Assembly (NCBI GenBank): GCA_008632985.1
Contig: QPGO01000092.1
Coordinates: 248,001-312,000 of the forward strand
Source: Psammoneis japonica
Lineage: Eukaryota
Direction: 5' to 3'
DNA: 64,000 nucleotides
Shown: positions 24,501 to 34,976 of the stretch, one piece after another
How the letters are laid out: every line of letters starts with the position of its first letter
Position numbering within the stretch: the first letter of the stretch is position 1
Notes under the pieces: model-generated
What the model saw: only the letters and a program-made list of their open reading frames with translations
What the model was told of the DNA's origin: nothing
Database searches by the model: none
Translations under genes and position numbers: made by a program

Positions 24501-27500
24501 GGTTGCACTCTCAAGTTCCATGATCTCGGTGCCTGCAAGTTTGTTGCACGACGCCGATTGCGCAAGAGTCAGGATGTCATTGTTCATGGAAAATTGATCA
24601 ATGGAAAATGTTTTGCTCACCCTCTCATTCTCCCGGAATCTAACGACGAACTGGATGCATCCATCGAGCGCCTCAAGACTGCTGATCCTTCTTTTGCCGA
24701 TGAGTGTGAAGCGGTCTCTGCGCATGTGATTGACACTTGTCGCACCCACCAACATGAAGCTCTTCGTGATGAACGCAAGTTGATCCCCCGTGTCTGTCAA
24801 GATGTTCCTTTCGAGAAGCATGCTGAGAAGAACATTCCTGTCCAGTCTCTCAAGGCCGACACGGAACGTCTTTTGTGGCATCAGCGACTTGGTCATCCGA
24901 GTGATCACTGCCTTTGTCATGCCCATGAACATGTTGATGGCGTCCCCAAGTTTGCCCACGGAACTTCTCCTCTCGACACTTGTCCTGCATGCATGCAAGC
25001 CAAGCAGACAAAGGAACCTGCCGGTCCGAACACTGCTCTTACTGCCACCCAACCACACCAAGGCCTTGTGATTGATTTTTCCTTCTCTGGCCTACACTCC
25101 AAGAACTCGGAGTGTGCCAAGGACTGTGTTGGATTGAATGGCGAGACTTGTTGGATTGCTGTTTATGATCATAAAACGAAGCGTCTCCATGGTGCAACTC
25201 GTGTCTCCAAGGCAACCCCTTTGAATTGGATTCGCCACTTTCTGGAAGAGCACTCGCCAAAATGTCCAGACAAATGTGCATTTGTGGATCAAGGAGGTGA
25301 GTTGCATCAGAACCCAGAAGTTCGGCGACTCTTCGAGGATGACTTTCATCATGCAATTCGTCCTACGGGAAAAGATGCTTCAAATCAGAGTGGCCCAGTG
25401 GAGCGCAGTCATTTGTCTGTTGCCAATGCCATCCGGGCGATGCTGATCGGCGCCGATTTGCCCATCAAATTCTGGCCCTGTGCTTTTCATCATTTCATTC
25501 AAATCAACAACGCCACACCATCCCGCGGACAACCTGCTGCTCCGATTGCTCTCGCCACTGGTCGGAAGGATGATTTCAAGAACTTTCGTGCGTTTGGTTG
25601 TCGAGTGTGGGTGCGTGCGTCGAATCACTGCCCAGCAAAATTTCGGTCTGTCTCTCGCAAGGGAATGTTCTTGGGCTGTCTTCCGGACACCACCAAGAAC
25701 ATTCTTTGGTGTGACACTGAGACATCGCGTGTCAAGCTTGCCAAGCACATTCGCTACGATGAGGGCATGAATGATCTTCCCCATGACTCTCTTCCACCAA
25801 ATGTGGCTCACTTGGAACGTGCTCAAGATGGCAAGGCTTTGCCTGCCGAGACTGAAGAAACCATGATGGATGAATTCCACTTTCATGGGAATCCTTTTGC
25901 CAAGACCATCAAGCGTGCGATGAAGGGACCATTTGCTGATCCCATGTTTGGACTTTCCTTGGCTACGGACGATCTCTGTCGGTGAGCATTTGTCTCTGAC
26001 ATTGAGCGTGGTTCTCCTGCTGTGCGCATCTTTTCTCTTCTTTGAAGGCCAACCGCAACAAGATCAAGGGTGCGTGTGTCGTGTCGATTGATGATCATCC
26101 TACATTCACGGCATGGGAGGCTGTCAAACGTTTTCAGCAAGTCTGTGATTCTGGCAAGACTCATTTTGAAATTGAATTCGCGCCGGAACGTCGCCTGGAC
26201 TCTCAAGCCCTACAACGTGCTCTGATGGAACACAGCACAAACACACCGAGTCCTGATCCTGATGATGAGCATGTTCCGGAAATCACCAACGCCGACATGC
26301 GTGCCATTGCTGCCATCCGCCACCCCGACATTGATTTCTCCGAAACGGATGATGACGATGTCCCTCCGCCGTTCTTTGTTGATTGTGACAATGGTGTGGT
26401 CAATGTCTGTGCTGTCTCATCTCACGCCATTGCTCCAGAGGAACAAGCCTCAGGTGCTTTCACCCGCCATCACCTCCAGAAGTTGGACACGTGGCCTGAA
26501 TGGCGTGCAGGTGAATTCAAACAACTTGACCAGTTCCATGAGTTGGGGATGTTTGGTGCACCAATTAAATGACCCAAGGATGCCATCGCACTTCGTCCAC
26601 ATTGGCAACATGACCTCAAGCATGATGGTGCACGGTGCTCTCGACAGTGCTGTGATGGATCTCCCCGTGCTGCGTTGATGCTACATCGACTCCACTCGAT
26701 GCACTCGTCCTGTGTTGAGCAGCCTGTCCAACGCATGTTTTTTGCCCTTGCTGTGACCATGAGCCATCCTGTCTTTGGTGGGGATGCTCGTGATGCCCGT
26801 GCACACTCTCCACGACCGTCACACCCCGTGTGTGTTGCCACAGACGAGGCATGTGCAACCTGGCACAAGGCTTGGTTTGGCATTGACTTGGACAGGAGCA
26901 TGGTGCTCCCGATGCAACATGCACTTCAAGGACACCCAGAAGCCGGCGTGCTCTGGGAGACGCACATCAATGGCATTTTGTCTGATGTGAACCTGCTTTT
27001 TCGCAACACTGCTCATGACAAATGTGTCTGCTCTGCTGCTTTTGAAGGACACAAGATCTTGCTCCTCCATCAGGTTGATGATTTCTCTCTTGCTTGTCCT
27101 GAAGAGTCCATTGCGATCAAGATCTATGACAAGATTGGCAAAGCTCTCCAATTGGAATCGGAAACCTCTCCGCCGTTCAAGCATCTTGGCATGATTGATG
27201 AATTCAATGGTGCAGATGTTCACCAATGCGATGATTCCATTGGCACTGCTGTTCACAGCCACACAGATCGGGTTTGTGCCTCGCATGGTTGGTTGACACC
27301 GATGGACGAGGAACTTGACGATGACTGCAAGGCTGTGCCACCACCTGTTGACTCTGTTCGCGAACTGTGCAACACTTTTGGCCCAGCTGAAGGAACCCCG
27401 GAGCATGCGGAACTACAACAAGCTGCTGGTTTCAGCTGCCGAACTCTTCTTGGCGAATTGTTGCATGCGCACGTTGTCTGTCGACTGGACATTGGGCATG

Positions 27501-28348
27501 CCATCACGGCTCTCTCCAAGTTCTCGACCTGTCCTGCTGTGGTTCACTGTGACGTGCTCAAAGGAACATGCAAGCACCTTCGATGCACCAAACATTGGGA
27601 ATTGAACTGCAGGAAGCCCACCCGAGACTCCAAACCACCTGCCTGCCCCTTCGAACGTCTCACTCCGGACCCGACCTTGCCATCATTCCCTTGTCCTGCA
27701 TGTGATCATCAACTCGTTGCTTTCTTGGATGCTGCTCATGGCAATGACCTCCGCAACCGTCATTCTACGACTGGCTGTGCTTGCATGTTAGCTGGTGCTG
27801 CTGCATCTTTTCGGTGCAAGACCCAATCGGTGACCACTGCGAGCTCTACGGAAGCTGAATTTTGTGCTGCTGGAGCTGCTGCCAAGCATGTCCCATGCCT
27901 TTGTCACGTTCTACAAGACCTGGGCTTCCCTCAGACGGAGCCAACCCCGCCACACATTGACAACGAATCGGCGATCAAGATCATCAATCACTCGATCCCG
28001 ACTGAGCGATCCCGTCACATTGAGACTCAGTTTTTTGTGATCCAAGAATGGAAGGAAGCGGGCAAGATTGTCACGAGACACATTCCTGGCATTGTCAACC
28101 CCAGCGATGACCTCACCAAGGCCCTTGGCTGGGTGCCACACGCTCGCCACGCTCGACGCATGATGGGACACTGCTGTTGACATTTTTTTCCGCGGTGGCC
28201 TCCCTGCTGCGCATTGCCCTCTTGTTTGATGGCGCATTGGGCATGGACACTTCTCGTGTCCCATGTCTGGTCTCTCTATTTTTTCCTCACATCATCCCTG
28301 TTCTTTGGTTTGATCTGCACTGTTCTCTGTGTTGAGATGTTGCAGATC

Positions 28349-28553
28349 AGGGGAGGGTGTCAGCCTGTCTGTGCCTGTCGCATGATGGACAGACTGGATG
28401 CTGATGATGGCTAGACCATTTAGACAGACGAGCAGATCTCTCTGAGATCTGCTTCTCACTTTCTCATCTGCTAGAGTGCTCGTGTTGTCACAGTCCTGGT
28501 GCTTTGGGGAGTCTTTCACACCTCTGTCACTGTCGACCTTCGGCATTCTGTCA
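28349..28553 (+). repeat. Polypurine tract (aggggaggg, 28349-28357) and 3' LTR (28358-28553, 196 bp)
   Basis: Purine run abuts tgtcagcctgtc...ggcattctgtca. Confidence 0.95.
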
Positions 28554-30323
28554 GGATGGAGGATGCGTCTTGCCCTTGCACAAGCTTTGTTTGTGCCCAG
28601 TGATGTGCTCCTTGTGGACGAACCCACAAACCATCTGGATTTTCATGCTGTTTTGTGGTTGACCGATTTTCTCTCCAACAGCGGTCAAACACTAATTGTC
28701 GCATCGCACGACCGTGTGTTTCTTGTCATGTGCACCGACATCACATCCTTTGAATGCCGGAAGCTCAGCTGCCACGTCGGAAACCATTCAGCATGCCGTC
28801 AGCAACTGTCAGAAATTGCGGCACGACAGGCGCAAATTCTCGACGCTTCCGAACAGAAACGCGCCAAGGCTGTTGCATTTGTAGAAAAACAACAAGCCAA
28901 TGCCAACAAAAAGAAACAAGACCCGAAGAAGCAACGTCAAGCAAAGATGGTTCGGGAAAAGAAACTAGATTGGATCGGGAATTGCAGGCAAGATGGAAAA
29001 CGACACAAAAACATGTCTCTCAAGAAAATGAGTGAAGACTGCATGCGCGTCGCAGAAAAAGTTGCCGTCGAAGCCGATGAACCTGTGCTTAGATTCAAGT
29101 TCCCCACTCCATCGCGGGGACCCGGCATGGGCTTGGGAAGCAATTCGCTCTTCACATTGGATGATTTCTCGTTTGGATGCGATCTAGATCGGCCCTTGCT
29201 GATCCGAGAAACAACCCTTGCTTTAGATCGTGGGAGCAAGGTAGCTGTTGTTGGAAGAAATGGAGGTGCGTGTGAAAGAAACAGTGATGCATCCGACCTG
29301 TGATTCACGTCGTCTTACATCAATTCAATGCACTCCGTTTTGTTGCCCCAGCTGGTGAATCAACGCTGTTGAAACTCATTGCAGGCGATTTGCCCCCAGA
29401 TGGACGATCTGTGTGCAGTTCAAGTGGTGGAATTTGGCGCCACCCATGCTTGCGGGTGGGCCATGTTTCTCAGCATTGCGCCGAAGAGTTGGAGCAGCAC
29501 TCGGACTTGACTGTTGCATCACACGCCGAGAGCTGCTTAGGGTCGGGCTCAGCCTGTGGTGAAATTGCCATGAAGGCATCTGGAAACATTCGCCAGCATC
29601 TTGGAGCCTTTGGCCCAGGTGGGAAACATGCCCTGAGAACAATTGGCAGCCTTTCCGGAGGCAAACGAATGAGGCTTTGCTTTGCCACCGTCATGGCGGA
29701 GCGACCACACCTGCTTGTCACCGATGAACCAACAAATCATCTTGATCTGGAAACACTGGATGCCTTGTCCTCTGCTCTCAATGACTGTGAAGGAGCTGTT
29801 GTTGTTGTGAGCCACAACCAAGGTGCGTGCAGGACGACAACGAACGATGTGACCTAGAATCTCGCTTGTGACATGACCACACTTACGCTGCTGCATGTGT
29901 TGCTCCAACAGACTTCCCACGCGGATTTTGCAATGAATTGTGGGTTGTAGAGAATGGTCACATGGATGTTAGACACAGCGACACGGAGAGTTTTGAAGAG
30001 ACGTTTGCCAGCTGCCGAAGTGATGTCATGAAAGGAGCGAAGCAACGCGGGAATGCACGAGAAAGCAGAGCCAAGATGGCGAGGCGAGCGAAGCAGCAAA
30101 GGGCCGGGGCGCAACTTAAGAGTGGTTTCATTGGACAAACTGAAGCCTGGCTAACTGCTGTTGCTGTTCCATCCTGGTTTCCCTTCATTTCATCAGTTGG
30201 GGAGAACTGCTTGTGGGAAAAAGACAGTCTCTATTTTGTTTTGTCAGATCTCAATCACACATCATCAACATTCTCGCAACAAACGATGGGTGTTCTTTGT
30301 CTGTTTTGTTGTTGGTGCCCCCC

Positions 30324-30713
30324 GACGGGTTCCAGTCCTAGGTGGGACTCCGTGTGACATTGGGCCCGTAGAATTCTACGTGCGAGCTCCGTAGTACGAG
30401 AATTTAATTAATGGATATATTTATCTTCAACATCAAATAAACTGCCAAGTTTGTGGTACAATTATGCCTCTTGCCACTCGACGTTTTTGCAAATGCGCCT
30501 GCCCTACGCGATTCTTAAGACATTATAGAATCGCGCTGTAACAAAAAATGTCAAAAGTTGTTGGACGGATCGCTCAATAAGTGTACCGTAAAATGACACA
30601 AAATATCGAAAAAATCACGTAGAAATCTACGTGCGCGACATACGACGTGATTCAAAAAACTATCGATGTCACAGTTCAGTAGTACGAGGTCCCACCTAGA
30701 CCTGGAACGCGTC
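30324..30713 (+). mobile_element. Young MITE (390 bp) with ~26-bp imperfect TIRs and 4-bp TSD CCCC
   Basis: gacgggttccagtcctaggtggga ... tcccacctagacctggaacgcgtc, flanked by cccc on both sides. TpA-rich although the flanks are TpA-poor. Confidence 0.9.
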
Positions 30714-30719
30714 CCCCAC

Positions 30720-32130
30720 ATGAAACTGCTGCTAACTCCACTCTGTGCGTCTGGCGTTTTGTTTGCGGCCAGCTTTCTCATGTGGCAATGGCGACTGTCA
30801 ACAATGATGGCGGCGATGTCATTGCAACAGATGCAACGTGTTCTCACCCATCCAAAGATCGCAGCGCCCCGAAGCGTCCAACGCCACCTCTTCAGCTGTG
30901 TTGTCAGGCCATGCTTGAGCAAGGAAAGCAATGTCACGAATGCACGTCGCACGTCATGCTTTCTTTAGAAGAAAAGCAGCCACATGTTGATGTGTGCAAT
31001 GCCGACATGGACAGGTTTCGGCTCGAGCTCGAGGCATGCAACCCTCCACCAGGATGCGACCAATGCGAAGCATGGCTGGAATCAACAAGTTGGCATGACA
31101 TCGTTGCCAATCCTTCCATGGTCGAGTCGGCAAGCATGGGCTGGGAAAATTTTCATCACATGGCGACTTTGTCGGATTGGGAAAAGCAGTCGCGCTTTGT
31201 CAAGAACTTTCGCAGGACACATTTCGTCGATGACGAGTCCATTGACTGGCATGTGACGCCCGACGACATTCCAATGAGATTCCCGCACATGTGGAGGATG
31301 TTCAACAAGTTGTCGAGTCATGGGTGAAACAGATGGAGCTGGACATGACGGGTGGCGAATGGAGACGGCAAGATCATCCGGCGACCATGACGCTGCTTGA
31401 CGACGGTTCGCCGGCGGCAGACATGACAGTCGTTGCCTTTGAATCCAATCAAGATGACAAGCTGGAACATTGGAGAGGTCCACATGATGCGACTTGGGTG
31501 GCTTTGGAAACACATTCAAAGAAAGCTCTCATTGTGGGGACATTTGGTGCACATCTGGTGGTTGTTTGCAACCTGCTGGAGTTTTACAACAGCGATGGAT
31601 CGACTGCCATGAGCCATGACCTACCGACAGAAAAAGGTTCAGAACTGCTGGCAGCAGCCCTCAAGATTGCTCAAGAGTGTCTTTTTGACCAAATGCACCA
31701 GTCGCTGCAAGGATTCGCTTTTGGTTTCATTTGTTGGCGTTGCGTGTGTTCGAGCTTCTACAACCGCACTCGGCACTGGTTGTCTACAACGACCTGTCAC
31801 TGCAGGCACCGCTTGCTTACGATGATCATTGAGGACCACGACGACAAAGGCGGCACCGCTTGTGCTGACAGTCTTTGTGTTGCATCTGGCTGGGCATCAA
31901 CATTCCCTGAAGCCGGACTCTGTCAGCAGACGTCAGCACAAACTATTGTCACATGGCAAATGCAGAGCCATTCATTCCTTTTCGGCACACATTGTGGAGC
32001 GGCAGCCAATGAACGGGGGGTTGCTTGTCGCAAGCGGCAACGGCTCAACGCTCAACGGCAAGAATCTCGCCAAGACCAATCATTGGACAAACTAACGTCT
32101 TCCCTACCTTCCATCTTTCCTACTGTGTGA
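30720..32130 (+). pseudogene. Degenerate coding sequence of unknown function (ORFs 30782..31327 and 31291..32130, frameshifted)
   Basis: Long overlapping protein-like ORFs, Tyr-poor and Cys/His-rich, TpA-depleted. Confidence 0.4.
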
Positions 32131-32295
32131 TTCTGCCAACGAGTAAATCGCGTTGATCGTTTTAACGATTGATCTACACAGCCAACAAGCAGTGTCAACA
32201 CGACGTGTTCCCCTGCATGGATTCTTCAGACAATAGATAATAGATCTACTGTGTATCATGTCTGTCTGTCATTCGAGTAATTTTTGAAAATTTTT

Positions 32296-32317
32296 CACGT
32301 CACAACGGTGACGTCAC
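32296..32317. promoter_or_regulatory. Two TGACGT-type bZIP motifs (cacgtca and palindrome gtgacgtcac) 60-80 bp upstream of the DUF1275 gene
   Basis: Sequence motif only; no functional evidence. Confidence 0.3.
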
Positions 32318-32375
32318 TAACGTCTTGTGAAAAAAAGCAAGAAGTCGTCTGGGACTTCCACTTCAAGAAACCACC

Positions 32376-33197
32376 ATGAGGAATCGAAGCGTTCGCCGCT
32401 GCTGTCTTCTCATCTTCCTATTCCTTATTGGATCGACTGTGGCTGTGACAAAACCGCAAAGTTTCCTTCCCAAAAGATTTCGCAATGAAAAGGTGGTCGA
32501 AGTCGAAGTCGTCGAGGTGAAGAACAGCATTTCTCAAAAGCACGCCATTGCCGCCGGATTAGTTCTCGCCTTTAATGCGGGATACTCCAATGGGTGCTGC
32601 CTTGCTGGAAGTATTGTAGAAGGGACAAAACAGGCAGTTGCAGCAATGACTGGTTCTTGGACAAACTCAGCAATAGGACTGGCGACAAAGAATGCGGCGC
32701 TATTCAAGATGCAAGTGTCCATGATTTTATGTTATTGTGGCGGGTCCGTCATTGCCGGTCTACTTAATCCAACTCCCAAGCCATACGTACTGGCTCCGTC
32801 AACCGGGGGAGCATTGTTGCTATGCAGTGCACTAATGTATATGAGTACATTGATGGCTATTGCTGACGGAAGCCAGGCAGCGATAGCGATCTTTAGTTTG
32901 GCAGCAATTGCCAATGGGATTCAAAACAGCATCACATCGGTCCATTCGGCCAATCTGATTCGATCGACACACTATACCGGCATGACTTCAGATATGGGGA
33001 CCTTTATCGGACAATGCTTACGGGGAAATATGACAAATGTCTTTCGCTTAAAAGTCAGCATGGGGCTCGCAGCTTGCTTTTTCGCCGGTGGCTTTGCTTC
33101 TGTTGCTTGCGTCAAGGCGTTTGGGACTGCAAGTCTCTTGCTGAGTGCAGCAATCTATGCCGCATGCGGACTAGTTGCTCTTGCTTGGGCTAAGTAG
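32376..33197 (+). CDS. DUF1275 / YoaK-family multi-pass membrane protein
   Basis: LAFNAGYSNG, AMTGSWT, ANGIQNS and IRSTHYTGMTSDMG motifs; several TM helices; N-terminal signal. Confidence 0.85.
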   Translation: MRNRSVRRCCLLIFLFLIGSTVAVTKPQSFLPKRFRNEKVVEVEVVEVKNSISQKHAIAAGLVLAFNAGYSNGCCLAGSIVEGTKQAVAAMTGSWTNSAIGLATKNAALFKMQVSMILCYCGGSVIAGLLNPTPKPYVLAPSTGGALLLCSALMYMSTLMAIADGSQAAIAIFSLAAIANGIQNSITSVHSANLIRSTHYTGMTSDMGTFIGQCLRGNMTNVFRLKVSMGLAACFFAGGFASVACVKAFGTASLLLSAAIYAACGLVALAWAK

Positions 33198-33312
33198 CTA
33201 ATCAAAGCTCCCAGCTGGAGCTATCACTTTAACAAAATAGCCGGTCTCCGTTTGGGTTAGTGCAGCCACTCAATTGCGCTTCCTCTAAAAGACTGACCAG
33301 TATCGAAGAGAT

Positions 33313-34566
33313 TTAGCCATTGATTCGACGCAGAACAGCAATGTACATTGGTCCCATTCCTGTGCAAGACGGATGGTCGGGGAGAACAATCCACCCGTTT
33401 GTTGTAGGCTCCCCAATCTCAAAAGAAAGCTTTGGTTTGACATCCACCAAGCTTTTGCGTTTGGACAAGAGTTTTTGAACAATGCCATCATTCTCACCAG
33501 GTGAAATACTGCATGTTGAATAAACAATCGTTCCACCAGGTTGACAACCAGAAATGGCAGCCTTGAGAAGCGCCAATTGTCGCTTCTGGTTCTTGCGGGA
33601 GATACCAGGCCTCCATTCTCCAATTTCGCCTCCATTCTGAACCAGGTGTCTCTCCCCACTACAAGGAACATCGCACAGAATGTGGCTGAAAGGTTGATGC
33701 TTTACACCATATGTAATGTCGCCTCTGAGGTTTCCAAACGTAATGCCATCCCTGCCAGTAACAAAGACTGACGAGTTCATTAGATCCATCGGCACATATT
33801 GATCCAAAACTTTTCGCAATCGTCTGCGCCTTGCGTCCGAGTATTCATTCAAAACAACCATTTCGTTACCACTAGCAACCCTTCTACTAGCCATGGTCTG
33901 CAGAATGGCCAGAGCCTTTCCTCCCGGTGCGGCACACATGTCGAGCACCGACAGGGGCTTCTGCCGTGGCTTCTTATCATACGTAGTAGACAGCCCCAAA
34001 GCTAATACCGGGAGAAGAGACGATGGATCAAGGCAGTAGTAGTTCATAAGTCTCAGACTATGATCTATTTCGCCATAATTGTTTGACTGGTCTTGTTGTC
34101 TTGCATTTACGGGGGTTGGTGGCAGAAGCCGTGTTTCACCGTGGTTTAGCCAACAAGCTACAAGGTTTTCTGACCACGGAACTCTATCCACGCTGATCTC
34201 ATTACGATTACCTTTCCAGATAGAATCTTCAAATTGGGTGTCATTATATACAAATTGATTCATCAAAGCAGCCGTCCTGGATGGTTCCATGAGAGCTTTG
34301 CACAACTTTTCCCACCGCTCTTTGCCATACGCTTCTTGATAATGACTGTAAAAGTTTTGTACACTCTGCTGGACTTTGGCTGTAATCTTTTTTCGCTTTC
34401 GTTGAATCGATGAACTCGTCTTGTCTGCTTTTGAAAGATCCGCCGTGTGAGCATCAACAGCCAAGTCAGAGAGCTTATCCAACGTGGAATAACGCCACCT
34501 TTTCGTCGAGAGCATTGCATCAACACGACGACGGCACAAATGGTGGAACATCAGAAGAGACTTCAT
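33313..34566 (-). CDS. NOL1/NOP2/Sun-family RNA m5C methyltransferase (NSUN3/NSUN4-like)
   Basis: YCLDPSSLLPV, VLDMCAAPGGK, ILCDVPCSGE and VYSTCS motifs; intact 417-aa ORF. Confidence 0.92.
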   Translation of the reverse strand: MKSLLMFHHLCRRRVDAMLSTKRWRYSTLDKLSDLAVDAHTADLSKADKTSSSIQRKRKKITAKVQQSVQNFYSHYQEAYGKERWEKLCKALMEPSRTAALMNQFVYNDTQFEDSIWKGNRNEISVDRVPWSENLVACWLNHGETRLLPPTPVNARQQDQSNNYGEIDHSLRLMNYYCLDPSSLLPVLALGLSTTYDKKPRQKPLSVLDMCAAPGGKALAILQTMASRRVASGNEMVVLNEYSDARRRRLRKVLDQYVPMDLMNSSVFVTGRDGITFGNLRGDITYGVKHQPFSHILCDVPCSGERHLVQNGGEIGEWRPGISRKNQKRQLALLKAAISGCQPGGTIVYSTCSISPGENDGIVQKLLSKRKSLVDVKPKLSFEIGEPTTNGWIVLPDHPSCTGMGPMYIAVLRRING

Positions 34567-34976
34567 TTTCTAAAATTCTCACAAATACTCATGCGAGACT
34601 GACATGATGATCACACAGCGCAAGCTGTTGCTGTACGGGAGTGCATAGAGGCTAGCCGCAACAATCCAGCCGCCGGCAATCATGGTGAAGATTTTTTAGA
34701 ACTCAACTGGAAAGTGAAAACTCGGAGAAATGGGATGGACGCCGGGCGGACGGACGGACGCACAACGTCTTGACGTCCGTCCGTCGCACACACTCGCATT
34801 ATTTCGTCGCGCCATGAGCTCAGCATATTGAGGCACATCAACTACCATACGTATGTAGAAAACATACTGAATGATACGCAACACGAGATCAGTGTCATTC
34901 GCATCTTCGCGTCAAAACCTTGTTCTCAACATAACACCTCATTCATCTTGTTGTTGAGGTATCTTTCACTTTTATC

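Larger units (their letters stand above)
21369..28553 (+). mobile_element. Full-length Ty1/Copia (CoDi-like) LTR retrotransposon, 7185 bp, 5-bp TSD GGATG
   Basis: TG...CA LTRs at both ends. GGATG at 21364-21368 and 28554-28558. gag with CLVCSGEHLFDDC knuckle; LWHQRLGH; integrase D..DQGGE..VER; RT HALQGHPEAG and QVDDF; RNase H DAAHGND, SSTEAE, DNESAI, SDDLTK. Several TGA stops. Confidence 0.97.
20212..30138 (+). pseudogene. ABC-F family (GCN20/ABCF3-like) ATPase pseudogene, split by a Copia insertion, with two introns (29266-29351, 29823-29911)
   Basis: NBD1: GLVGRNGCGKSTLL, signature SGG|WRMRLALA split by the element, [14 protein letters not shown]2: VVGRNG^[30 protein letters not shown]^DF. 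No transmembrane domains. The presumed stop now reads CAA at 30136-30138. Confidence 0.9.

Noticed and set aside
21369..28553. ADAR-type RNA editing or RT error during retrotransposition
   Set aside because: That would give identical LTRs and one-strand bias. Here the LTRs differ, both A>G and T>C occur, and DNA transposons and an intron-containing gene are affected.
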